Of a stretch of 43,107 nt of DNA, positions 35,977-43,107 are shown one piece after another; position 1 is the stretch's first letter, and every line of letters starts with the position of its first letter. This DNA comes from Acidimicrobiia bacterium (lineage in GTDB: Bacteria > Actinomycetota > Acidimicrobiia > Spongiisociales > JAHEDJ01). The translations under genes were made by a program, and so were the position numbers. The stretch spans positions 62,001 to 105,107 of the forward strand of contig JARGFH010000007.1 of assembly GCA_029210695.1 (NCBI GenBank), given 5' to 3'. A model generated the notes under the pieces. The model was not told where the DNA came from, ran no database searches, and saw only the letters and a program-made list of their open reading frames with translations.

Positions 35977-37548
35977 ATGAGGCGAAGAACAGGAATCATC
36001 GTATTCGTGTTGATGGCGCTGCTGGTCGCGGCTTGCGGTGATAGCACAGATGGCACCGAGGCCACCGACGATACGCCGACCGGGACGACGCAGCCGGGAA
36101 CCGAGCCGACGGTGGCGCCCGGCGACGATGGGGGAGGCACGCTCACTGCCGTTCGCTTCGAGTCGTTCGACGGCTGGGTACTCGACTCCGCGGCTGCCTA
36201 TTCCAGCTACCAGACGCACCAGGCGGTGATCGAGCCGTTGATGCGTTTCGGTTCCGACGGGCAGTCGATCGAGCCGGGGCTGGCCGAGAGCTGGGATTAC
36301 GACCCGGACGGGCTGACGATCACTTTCACGCTGCATGAGGGAACACGCTTCAGCAACGGCGACCCCGTCACCGCAGAGGATGTCGCCTTTTCGCTCGACA
36401 TCTGGAATGCCGGACCGAACTTCGGCGGATCCTGGGATGCCATCGCCGGAGTAACGGGTGAGGGACGAGAGATCGTTATGGAACTCGCCTACCCGGACAA
36501 TACGGTCATGGCGGTACTCGCCTCCTCGATCTCGGGCATCATGCCCAAGGATTTCGGCGGACTGACCGAAGATGACTACTACAACAATCCGATCGGCGCA
36601 GGTGCCTTTGTCGTGGATGAGTGGTCGATCGGCGGCCGCATAATCCTGTCGCCCAACGAGTTCTACTACGACCCGGAGCGCCCGTATGTGGATGAGCTCA
36701 TTCTCGATGTGGTGACCGACGAGGCCGAGCGGCAAATCCTCTTTGATAGCGGCGAGGCCCAGATCATCGAGTACCTGTCGCCAACCGTCGCCCCACAGTA
36801 CGACCCGGCGGACGTCTACATCTGCACGGTTCACTCCGTTGAACACATCGGACTCAACGTGCTGAGGCCACCATTCGACGATCTGTTGGTACGTCAAGCG
36901 GTTGCCTACGCGATCGATTACGACGCCATCGACGCCGCGCTGGGTGAGTACTTCGGCCTCCCGAGCGGGATTCTGTCGCCCAACATCCTCAACTGGGCTC
37001 CACCGTCCAAACCGTATTTCAGGCGGGACCTGGATACGGCCAATGATCTCCTGGCACAGTCGTCGGCGGCGGGAGGTACTTCGGCGGAGCTGATTTACGA
37101 CGCCGGCAACGCTCTGGATACTCTCGTTGTGCAGATCATTCAGGCGAATCTCGCCGAGATCGGCATCGACGTGTCGTTGAGTGCGCTCGAAACCGGTGCG
37201 TTCCTGGATCGGGCGTTTTCGATCGACGCCGACATGACGATCTGGAACTACGGAGCTATCTCGCCGAATATCTCCGACCCCATGATCTGGATTTATGCGA
37301 CCGGGTGGCTGTTCTCCGGGTTCGAGACCGATACATTGTTCGACCAGTTCCTGGCCTACGCAGACGCCGCCACGAATGAGGATATGCAGGCAATCGTCAC
37401 CGAGATCCAGGACGGTGCCATCGACGAGGCTGCCGCCATCGCCGTGGCAGAAGGTTCCTACCTTCACGCGGTGAATCAGAACCTGACCGGGTTCGCGTCC
37501 GCCCCATGGGGCCTGTACTACTACGACACCATCGGGCTCGGCGGCTAG
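35977..37548 (+). CDS. ABC transporter substrate-binding lipoprotein, family 5 (Opp/Dpp-like)
   Basis: Lipobox LVAAC; PGLAESW, FSNGDPVTAEDVAFS, PIGAGAF, PFDD..VRQAVAYAID. Confidence 0.92.
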   Translation: MRRRTGIIVFVLMALLVAACGDSTDGTEATDDTPTGTTQPGTEPTVAPGDDGGGTLTAVRFESFDGWVLDSAAAYSSYQTHQAVIEPLMRFGSDGQSIEPGLAESWDYDPDGLTITFTLHEGTRFSNGDPVTAEDVAFSLDIWNAGPNFGGSWDAIAGVTGEGREIVMELAYPDNTVMAVLASSISGIMPKDFGGLTEDDYYNNPIGAGAFVVDEWSIGGRIILSPNEFYYDPERPYVDELILDVVTDEAERQILFDSGEAQIIEYLSPTVAPQYDPADVYICTVHSVEHIGLNVLRPPFDDLLVRQAVAYAIDYDAIDAALGEYFGLPSGILSPNILNWAPPSKPYFRRDLDTANDLLAQSSAAGGTSAELIYDAGNALDTLVVQIIQANLAEIGIDVSLSALETGAFLDRAFSIDADMTIWNYGAISPNISDPMIWIYATGWLFSGFETDTLFDQFLAYADAATNEDMQAIVTEIQDGAIDEAAAIAVAEGSYLHAVNQNLTGFASAPWGLYYYDTIGLGG

Positions 37549-37555
37549 AACGATC

Positions 37556-37592
37556 AGAGTGGGCGCCGGGGCTACCGCCCGGCGTCCACTCT
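37556..37592 (+). other. Intercistronic stem-loop after the SBP gene
   Basis: AGAGTGGGCGCCGGG-gctaccg-CCCGGCGTCCACTCT, 15-bp stem with one G-U pair and no U-tract. Confidence 0.65.
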
Positions 37593-37602
37593 CAACGGGA
37601 AG

Positions 37603-38553
37603 GTGGATGTGGGGCGGTTTGGCTTCGTAGCCAGAAGGCTGTTGCAGACCATTCCGATGCTGTTCGGCATCGTGCTGGTGGTCTTCCTCGTGCTGCAGAT
37701 CACTCCGGGCGATCCGGCCCGGCAGATTGCCGGCCTGCGGGCAAGCGAAGCCGACCTCGAGGAGGTTCGCCAGGAACTGGGATTGAACGACCCGATCATC
37801 GCTCAGTACGGACGATACGTCGGCAACGTGCTCCAGGGCGACCTGGGCTACTCGTACAAATCACGCAAACCCGTCGCCGATATCATCGGCGACCGTATCT
37901 CCGTGACGGTTTGGCTTCTCGCCACCGGCGTCCTGATGACCTTGCTGATCAGCGTCCCACTTGGCGTAGTCGCCGCCCTTCGGAAGGATCGGATTGCGGA
38001 TCACGCCATACGTGGCTTCGGGTTGCTCGGATTGAGTATGCCGGCGTTCTGGACCGGAGTCATCCTGCTGTTGCTCGTGGCGCTTCCGACCGGGTGGTTC
38101 CCGGCGGGCGGATTCGGGGATACCTTTGGTGAGAAACTCCGGGCAATCTTCTTGCCGGCATTGACCCTGGCAATCGGCTCATCGCCGTTCATCATCCGCG
38201 GATTGCGCGCCGCCATGATCTCGGTGATGGAATCCGACTACATCTCCACCGCACGATCCGTCGGCGTTTCCGGTGGACGACTGGTCCGCCGTTTCGTGCT
38301 CCGCAACGCGGCAGGACCCGGCGTCACGTTGCTGGCGATCGAGATCGGTTACCTCTTGTTCGGCGCCGTCGTGATCGAGACGACCTTCGCGCTGCCGGGT
38401 GTCGGCCAGGGTCTGGTGATTGCCGCGCAGGGACGGGACCTACCTTCGGTCCAGGGTTACACGCTGCTGTTCGCTCTGGTTGTCGTCGCGGTCTACCTTC
38501 TCTCGGATGTCGTGACCGCGATGCTCGATCCGCGGGTGGAGATCGACACATGA
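37603..38553 (+). CDS. ABC permease (DppB-like)
   Basis: PGDPA, LGLNDP, GDLGYS, SMPAFW, IETTFALPGVG, LDPR. Confidence 0.92.
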   Translation: MDVGRFGFVARRLLQTIPMLFGIVLVVFLVLQITPGDPARQIAGLRASEADLEEVRQELGLNDPIIAQYGRYVGNVLQGDLGYSYKSRKPVADIIGDRISVTVWLLATGVLMTLLISVPLGVVAALRKDRIADHAIRGFGLLGLSMPAFWTGVILLLLVALPTGWFPAGGFGDTFGEKLRAIFLPALTLAIGSSPFIIRGLRAAMISVMESDYISTARSVGVSGGRLVRRFVLRNAAGPGVTLLAIEIGYLLFGAVVIETTFALPGVGQGLVIAAQGRDLPSVQGYTLLFALVVVAVYLLSDVVTAMLDPRVEIDT

Positions 38554-39425
38554 CCACTCCCGCCTTCGAAGCAGTCCCCGAGGCTCCGCAGATCGCAGAG
38601 GCATCCCTGGCCGAACCGGGAGTGTGGAAGCGCATGCCGAAGAAGGTCTGGGTTGGGTTTGCCATCGTGGCCCTTTATGTGCTCGTTGCTCTTCTAGCCC
38701 CCGTGATTGCCCCCTACGATCCTCTAGCCATCGAACCGGTCAACCGGCTCGCCTCGCCTGATACGGCCCATCTCCTGGGTACCGATGAGCTCGGACGGGA
38801 CATTCTTTCGAGGCTGATCTACGCGGCCCGGGTTGACATTCCGATCGGATTCCTCGGTGCGCTCCTTCCGGCCATTCTGGGCACGATGCTGGGGGCAATC
38901 GCCGGGTACTTCGGCCGCTGGGTCGACACGGCCATCATGCGCACAGCCGACGTGGTGCAGGCGTTCCCCGCCTACATCCTCGTGATTGTGCTCGTCTTCG
39001 CACTTGGCCAGGGGGCCGGTTCGATCATCCTCGCCTTCACGGTGCTGGCCTGGGTCATCTATGCCCGCATCATCAGGGGGGAAGTGCTGCGCGTGCGTGA
39101 TCGGGACTATGTGCAGGCCGCCCGCGTCGCCGGATTGCGGAAAATGCGGATTCTCCGGGTCCATGTGTTCCCGAACGTCATCAACCAGACCCTGGTCTAT
39201 CTGCCCAACGACATAGTGTTTGCCACGCTGGCGCTGGCCGCGTTCTCGTTTCTGGGGTTGGGTATCCCGCCTCCCACGCCGGAGTGGGGAGCGATGATTG
39301 CCGAGGGTCAACCGTTCCTTCGCACGAACTGGTGGTTTGCGACTGTGCCCGGGTTGGTGATCGTGGGTCTCGGACTCGGTCTGTCCCTCATCGGCGAGGG
39401 GCTCGAGGAAGGCCTCCGGGCATGA
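38550..39425 (+). CDS. ABC permease (DppC-like)
   Basis: HLLGTDELGRD, YVQAAR, SFLGLGIPPPTPEWG. Confidence 0.92.
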   Translation: MTTPAFEAVPEAPQIAEASLAEPGVWKRMPKKVWVGFAIVALYVLVALLAPVIAPYDPLAIEPVNRLASPDTAHLLGTDELGRDILSRLIYAARVDIPIGFLGALLPAILGTMLGAIAGYFGRWVDTAIMRTADVVQAFPAYILVIVLVFALGQGAGSIILAFTVLAWVIYARIIRGEVLRVRDRDYVQAARVAGLRKMRILRVHVFPNVINQTLVYLPNDIVFATLALAAFSFLGLGIPPPTPEWGAMIAEGQPFLRTNWWFATVPGLVIVGLGLGLSLIGEGLEEGLRA

Positions 39426-40402
39426 CCGGGCAGCTACTCGAGGTGGCCGACCTCAAGATCACGCTTCCGGCAGGTGGCGGCACGATCACGCCGGTGGACG
39501 GAGTGTCGCTGTCCCTCGGAAGAGGCGAAGCTCTCGGCATCGCAGGTGAGTCGGGGTCCGGCAAGACTCTCACACTCAAATCGATCATCGGATTGCTGCC
39601 CCCTGGAGCGTTCGTGGAGGGCGATCTGCGATTCGCGCTCGAGGACGAAGCACCGATCCCCTATTCGGCCACCGACGTGCACGGTCGCGGAATATCGATC
39701 ATCTTTCAGGAACCGATGACCGCGCTCAACCCGACGATGCGGGTAGGGGATCTGATCGCGGAGGGTCCCCGAATTCACGAGGGGCTCGGCAAAGCGGCGG
39801 CCAGGCAACGGGCCGTTGAACTGATGCGGCAGGTCGGCATACCCGCCCCGGAGCGAAGGGCCAGGATGTGGCCCCATCAGCTCTCCGGGGGTCTCCGCCA
39901 GCGAGTCATGATTGCGACGGCCCTCTCCACCCGTCCCAAGCTCCTGCTCTGCGATGAGCCGACAACGGCGCTGGACGTGTCGATTCAGGATCAGATCCTC
40001 GGGTTGTTGCAGGAGATCCGGACCACGCTGGGGATGTCGATCATCTTCGTTTCGCATGATCTCGCAGTTCTCGGCGAGCTCTGCGAACGGCTCGCCATCA
40101 TGTACGGGGGCCAGGTCGTCGAGACCGGACCGACGGAAGCGGTGTTCTCCAGACCGAATCATCCCTACACCGAGGCGTTGATGACCTCGGTTCCTTCCTT
40201 CGACGCGACCTCCGACAAGCTGGCCGGCATCGAGGGACATCCGCCGGATCCCAGGTCGTTCCCGCCCGGTTGCCGGTTCGCCCCGCGTTGCCGTTATGCG
40301 CAGGACGATTGCGCTGAGGTGCAGTTCAGGCTGGTGCCCACCTCCGCCGAACGTTCGACGGGGTGCATTCACACTGAGATCTTCGCCGAGGGGGAGCGGT
40401 GA
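39422..40402 (+). CDS. ABC ATP-binding protein (DppD-like)
   Basis: GESGSGKT, FQEPMTALNP, LSGGLRQR, DEPTTALD, C-terminal GCRFAPRC. ATGA overlap start. Confidence 0.93.
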   Translation: MTGQLLEVADLKITLPAGGGTITPVDGVSLSLGRGEALGIAGESGSGKTLTLKSIIGLLPPGAFVEGDLRFALEDEAPIPYSATDVHGRGISIIFQEPMTALNPTMRVGDLIAEGPRIHEGLGKAAARQRAVELMRQVGIPAPERRARMWPHQLSGGLRQRVMIATALSTRPKLLLCDEPTTALDVSIQDQILGLLQEIRTTLGMSIIFVSHDLAVLGELCERLAIMYGGQVVETGPTEAVFSRPNHPYTEALMTSVPSFDATSDKLAGIEGHPPDPRSFPPGCRFAPRCRYAQDDCAEVQFRLVPTSAERSTGCIHTEIFAEGER

Positions 40403-41388
40403 GCGCCTTCCTAGAGGTGCGGGATCTCACGGTCACTTTCCGGGTCGGGTCCGCGCTCAAGGCCCGGCTGAAAGGTGAGCCGCCTCCGGATCTCACCGCC
40501 GTCGACGGAATCTCGTTCACGGCGGAGCGGGGGGATTCCATCGGGATCGTCGGTGAGTCGGGGTGTGGGAAGTCGACCCTCGCCAAAGCGATCACGGGTC
40601 TGGTCCCGGTGGCTTCTGGTTCACTTCATCTCGATGGTGAGCCGCTCCTCGCCAAGCGCGACCGGACGAAGATGCGTCGTATCCAGATGGTGTTTCAGGA
40701 TCCCAGTTCGTCGCTCAATCCGTCCCTCACGATCGAGCGGATGCTCTCGGAGCTCCTCACAGTCCATCGGATCGTACCCGGAGACAACGTCGCCGATCGT
40801 TGCGGAGAGCTGATGGAACTCGTTGAGCTGCCCCGTAGCCTGCTCAAGGTCAGACCCGGCCGGTTGTCGGGCGGACAGAGGCAGCGGGTTGGTATCGCCC
40901 GGGCGCTCGCCCTCGAGCCGGATGTTCTGATCGCGGATGAAGCCGTCGCCGCACTGGATGTGTCGGTGCAGGCGCCCGTGCTCAACCTCCTGAATTCGCT
41001 CAGAGAGAACCTTGGACTCACCCTCATGTTCATTTCGCACGACCTGGCGGTGGTCCGATATGTGAGCGATCGGGTGATCGTGATATACCTGGGCAAGGCG
41101 GTCGAGGATCGGTCGACCGCGGAGTTGTTTGACGATCCCCGCCATCCCTATACCAGGGCGCTCATGGCCGCCGCCCCCAAGTTCGGGGTGAAGAAAGCGC
41201 CGGGTGAGTCGGCGTTGAAGGGCGAGCCGCCGAGTGCGTTGAAACTCCCGAGCGGTTGTCGGTTCAGTCCGCGCTGCCCGATCGCGGCGGAGGTCTGTCA
41301 CCAGATGGAGCCCGATCTGACCGGGCCCTCTCCAGTCCAGAGGGCTGCGTGCCACTTTGCCTGGGACCCGCACGGTGTTACATCATGA
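40399..41388 (+). CDS. ABC ATP-binding protein (DppF-like)
   Basis: GESGCGKST, FQDPSSSLNP, LSGGQRQR, HPYT, GCRFSPRC. Confidence 0.93.
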   Translation: MSAFLEVRDLTVTFRVGSALKARLKGEPPPDLTAVDGISFTAERGDSIGIVGESGCGKSTLAKAITGLVPVASGSLHLDGEPLLAKRDRTKMRRIQMVFQDPSSSLNPSLTIERMLSELLTVHRIVPGDNVADRCGELMELVELPRSLLKVRPGRLSGGQRQRVGIARALALEPDVLIADEAVAALDVSVQAPVLNLLNSLRENLGLTLMFISHDLAVVRYVSDRVIVIYLGKAVEDRSTAELFDDPRHPYTRALMAAAPKFGVKKAPGESALKGEPPSALKLPSGCRFSPRCPIAAEVCHQMEPDLTGPSPVQRAACHFAWDPHGVTS

Positions 41389-43013
41389 AACCCGCCGACG
41401 TGGTTCTGCGTGGAGCGCCGATCTGTACCTTCGATGCTGCCCGGCCTTGGGCTCAGGCCGCTGCGGTAGCCGCAGGTTCGATCCAAGGCGTCGGCAGCGC
41501 CGACCAGATGGCGGAGCTGATTGGTCCGGACACCACAGTTGTCGACCTCGGGCGCGACCAGCTGGTTCTTCCCGGGTTCATCGATGGTCACACGCATTAC
41601 GTCAATGGCCCCCTGGAAGCTGCAGGAGTTGTGCTTTCTGAGTGCGAGACACTCGAGGAGGTCGTGAGTGCGCTTCGGGCCGCGCCCCCCGGTGACGGGA
41701 CCGTGCTCGGCGGAGGGTGGCGTTCCCACATCTTCCCCGACGGGCCGGATCGCCGGATCCTCGATGAGATCTTCGGAGACGTCCCGGTCATGTTGCGGGA
41801 GATCAGCAGCCACTCGCTCTGGGTCAACTCTGCGGCGCTGGCGAGAGCCGGGATCACCGCCGCCACACCGGATCCGGATCCCGGGTTCTCGATGTTCGTT
41901 CGCGACGAAGCAGGCATGCCCACGGGGTGGGTGCTCGAAGAAGGGGCAATGGCGATGGTGCGATCGGCCGTCTCTCCGGCGACACCGGGCCAGGCGCGAC
42001 GGGAGCTACTGGCGGCCCAGCCCGGCTACGCGGCGGCCGGGCTCACAGGCGCCTTTGACGCAGGGGTCTTCCTGATTGACGAGTGGGCGGCGTGGGAGAT
42101 GCTCGTCGAACTCGATCATCGTGGTGAGATCGGCCAGAGGGTCGTTGGGGCGAAGGCCGCCATCTTCGGCGCCGACCCGGTGGCGATGCTGCGGGAAGCT
42201 AATCAGACCTTCCGTTCACCCAACGTGACGATCGACACGCTCAAGATATTCGTCGATGGGGTGCCCGAAGCGCACACCTCGGCTTATCTGGAACCGTATG
42301 ACGACCGGCCCGACACGCGCGGGCCACTGGCGGCTCCCGAGGAGGACATCCGGCGATGGGCGCTCGAGGCGGACGCCGCCGGTTTTCCTTGCCACTTCCA
42401 TGCCATCGGCGACCGGGCCGTGCGGGTCGCACTCGATGCGGTCGCAGGCGTCAGATCGTCGGGCAACTCGGGCCTGCTCCATACGATCTGCCACGGTGAC
42501 CTGGTCGATCCTGCCGACCTGCCCCGATTCGCTGAGCTCGGTGTAGTGCACAACACCTCCGGGCAGTGGATAGCCAGCACCCCGATCGACGAAGTCATGA
42601 CCCGGCGCGTGGGCGAGCGAGCGCGGCGCCACTACACCATTCGCAGCGCCCTCGAGGCCGGGACCGTCGTGACACTCGGGGCGGACTATCCAGCTTCGTC
42701 GTATGTGTCGACCTACCGGCCGCTCGTGCTGATCGAATCGGCGGTGACACGGCGGCTGGCCGGAGTGACGACGGATGAGCCCCTTCCACCGGCACATGAG
42801 GCGCTGCCGGTCGAGGCTGCGATCCGGGCGATGACTATCGATGCCGCCCGCCAGCTGCGAATTGACCATGTCGCCGGCTCACTGCGGGTGGGGAAGGATG
42901 CAGATCTCGTCGTACTGGGCCGGAACGTCTTCGAGATTCCACCCCATGAGATTGCCGCCACGCCGATTGCTCTCACGATGCGCGGCGGCCGGATCACCTA
43001 CGAACAAGTCTGA
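41385..43013 (+). CDS. YtcJ-like amidohydrolase (Amidohydro_3), second copy
   Basis: PGFIDGHTH, KIFVDGV, FHAIGD, TICHG, GAD, GSLRVGKDADLV. ATGA overlap start. Confidence 0.9.
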   Translation: MKPADVVLRGAPICTFDAARPWAQAAAVAAGSIQGVGSADQMAELIGPDTTVVDLGRDQLVLPGFIDGHTHYVNGPLEAAGVVLSECETLEEVVSALRAAPPGDGTVLGGGWRSHIFPDGPDRRILDEIFGDVPVMLREISSHSLWVNSAALARAGITAATPDPDPGFSMFVRDEAGMPTGWVLEEGAMAMVRSAVSPATPGQARRELLAAQPGYAAAGLTGAFDAGVFLIDEWAAWEMLVELDHRGEIGQRVVGAKAAIFGADPVAMLREANQTFRSPNVTIDTLKIFVDGVPEAHTSAYLEPYDDRPDTRGPLAAPEEDIRRWALEADAAGFPCHFHAIGDRAVRVALDAVAGVRSSGNSGLLHTICHGDLVDPADLPRFAELGVVHNTSGQWIASTPIDEVMTRRVGERARRHYTIRSALEAGTVVTLGADYPASSYVSTYRPLVLIESAVTRRLAGVTTDEPLPPAHEALPVEAAIRAMTIDAARQLRIDHVAGSLRVGKDADLVVLGRNVFEIPPHEIAATPIALTMRGGRITYEQV

Positions 43014-43107
43014 CTGACTGGCGACTCTGCCTAGGTGGCTGCCGAAAAAGTTGGTGGTTGTGGGTCGGGGGTGCTCGCGTTCGAGGTCGTTTTCGGTCAC
43101 ACTGGAG

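Noticed and set aside
32435..37467. Long antisense ORFs (e.g. 32435..33967, 35902..37467; likewise 7815..9164, 9984..11408)
   Set aside because: They fully overlap well-supported genes on the opposite strand and lack motifs; this is typical of high-GC codon bias.
42879..43100. 73-aa minus-strand ORF at the window end
   Set aside because: Overlaps the amidohydrolase 3' end and has no recognisable features; it cannot be assessed at the edge.

Overview
High-GC bacterial chromosome segment, probably actinobacterial (inferred from composition, acidic lipoproteins and AmtR-like regulators; not verified), with about 37 genes and no RNA genes, CRISPR arrays or mobile elements that I can see. Left (1-5.8 kb): a small organic-acid catabolic cluster (FAH-family hydrolase, beta-hydroxyacid dehydrogenase, RraA/HMG aldolase, DRE-TIM acetyl-CoA condensing enzyme, GntR) and two orphan envelope proteins. 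5.9-13.3 kb: two aldehyde:ferredoxin oxidoreductase (AOR/WOR) genes converging on a MoaD-MoeA fusion and a MoeA-PBP gene. 13.3-43 kb: a large guanidino-compound/polyamine nitrogen-catabolism region. It encodes two amidinotransferases, an ArcE/COG2403-like P-loop enzyme, two class III transaminases, alanine dehydrogenase, an agmatinase-type ureohydrolase, agmatine deiminase, N-carbamoylputrescine amidase, an amidase, a strongly divergent urease with no accessory genes in the window, two YtcJ-like amidohydrolases, two ABC importers and two AmtR-like TetR regulators. A 16-bp palindrome CCTATC-N4-GATAGG sits in five intergenic regions upstream of the region's main transcription units. The most novel-looking element is the operon amidinotransferase -> ArcE-like synthetase -> divergent AOR, which may be an ATP-conserving amidino-shuttle route for degrading guanidino compounds. 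Several start codons were moved from the ORF track to RBS-supported positions.
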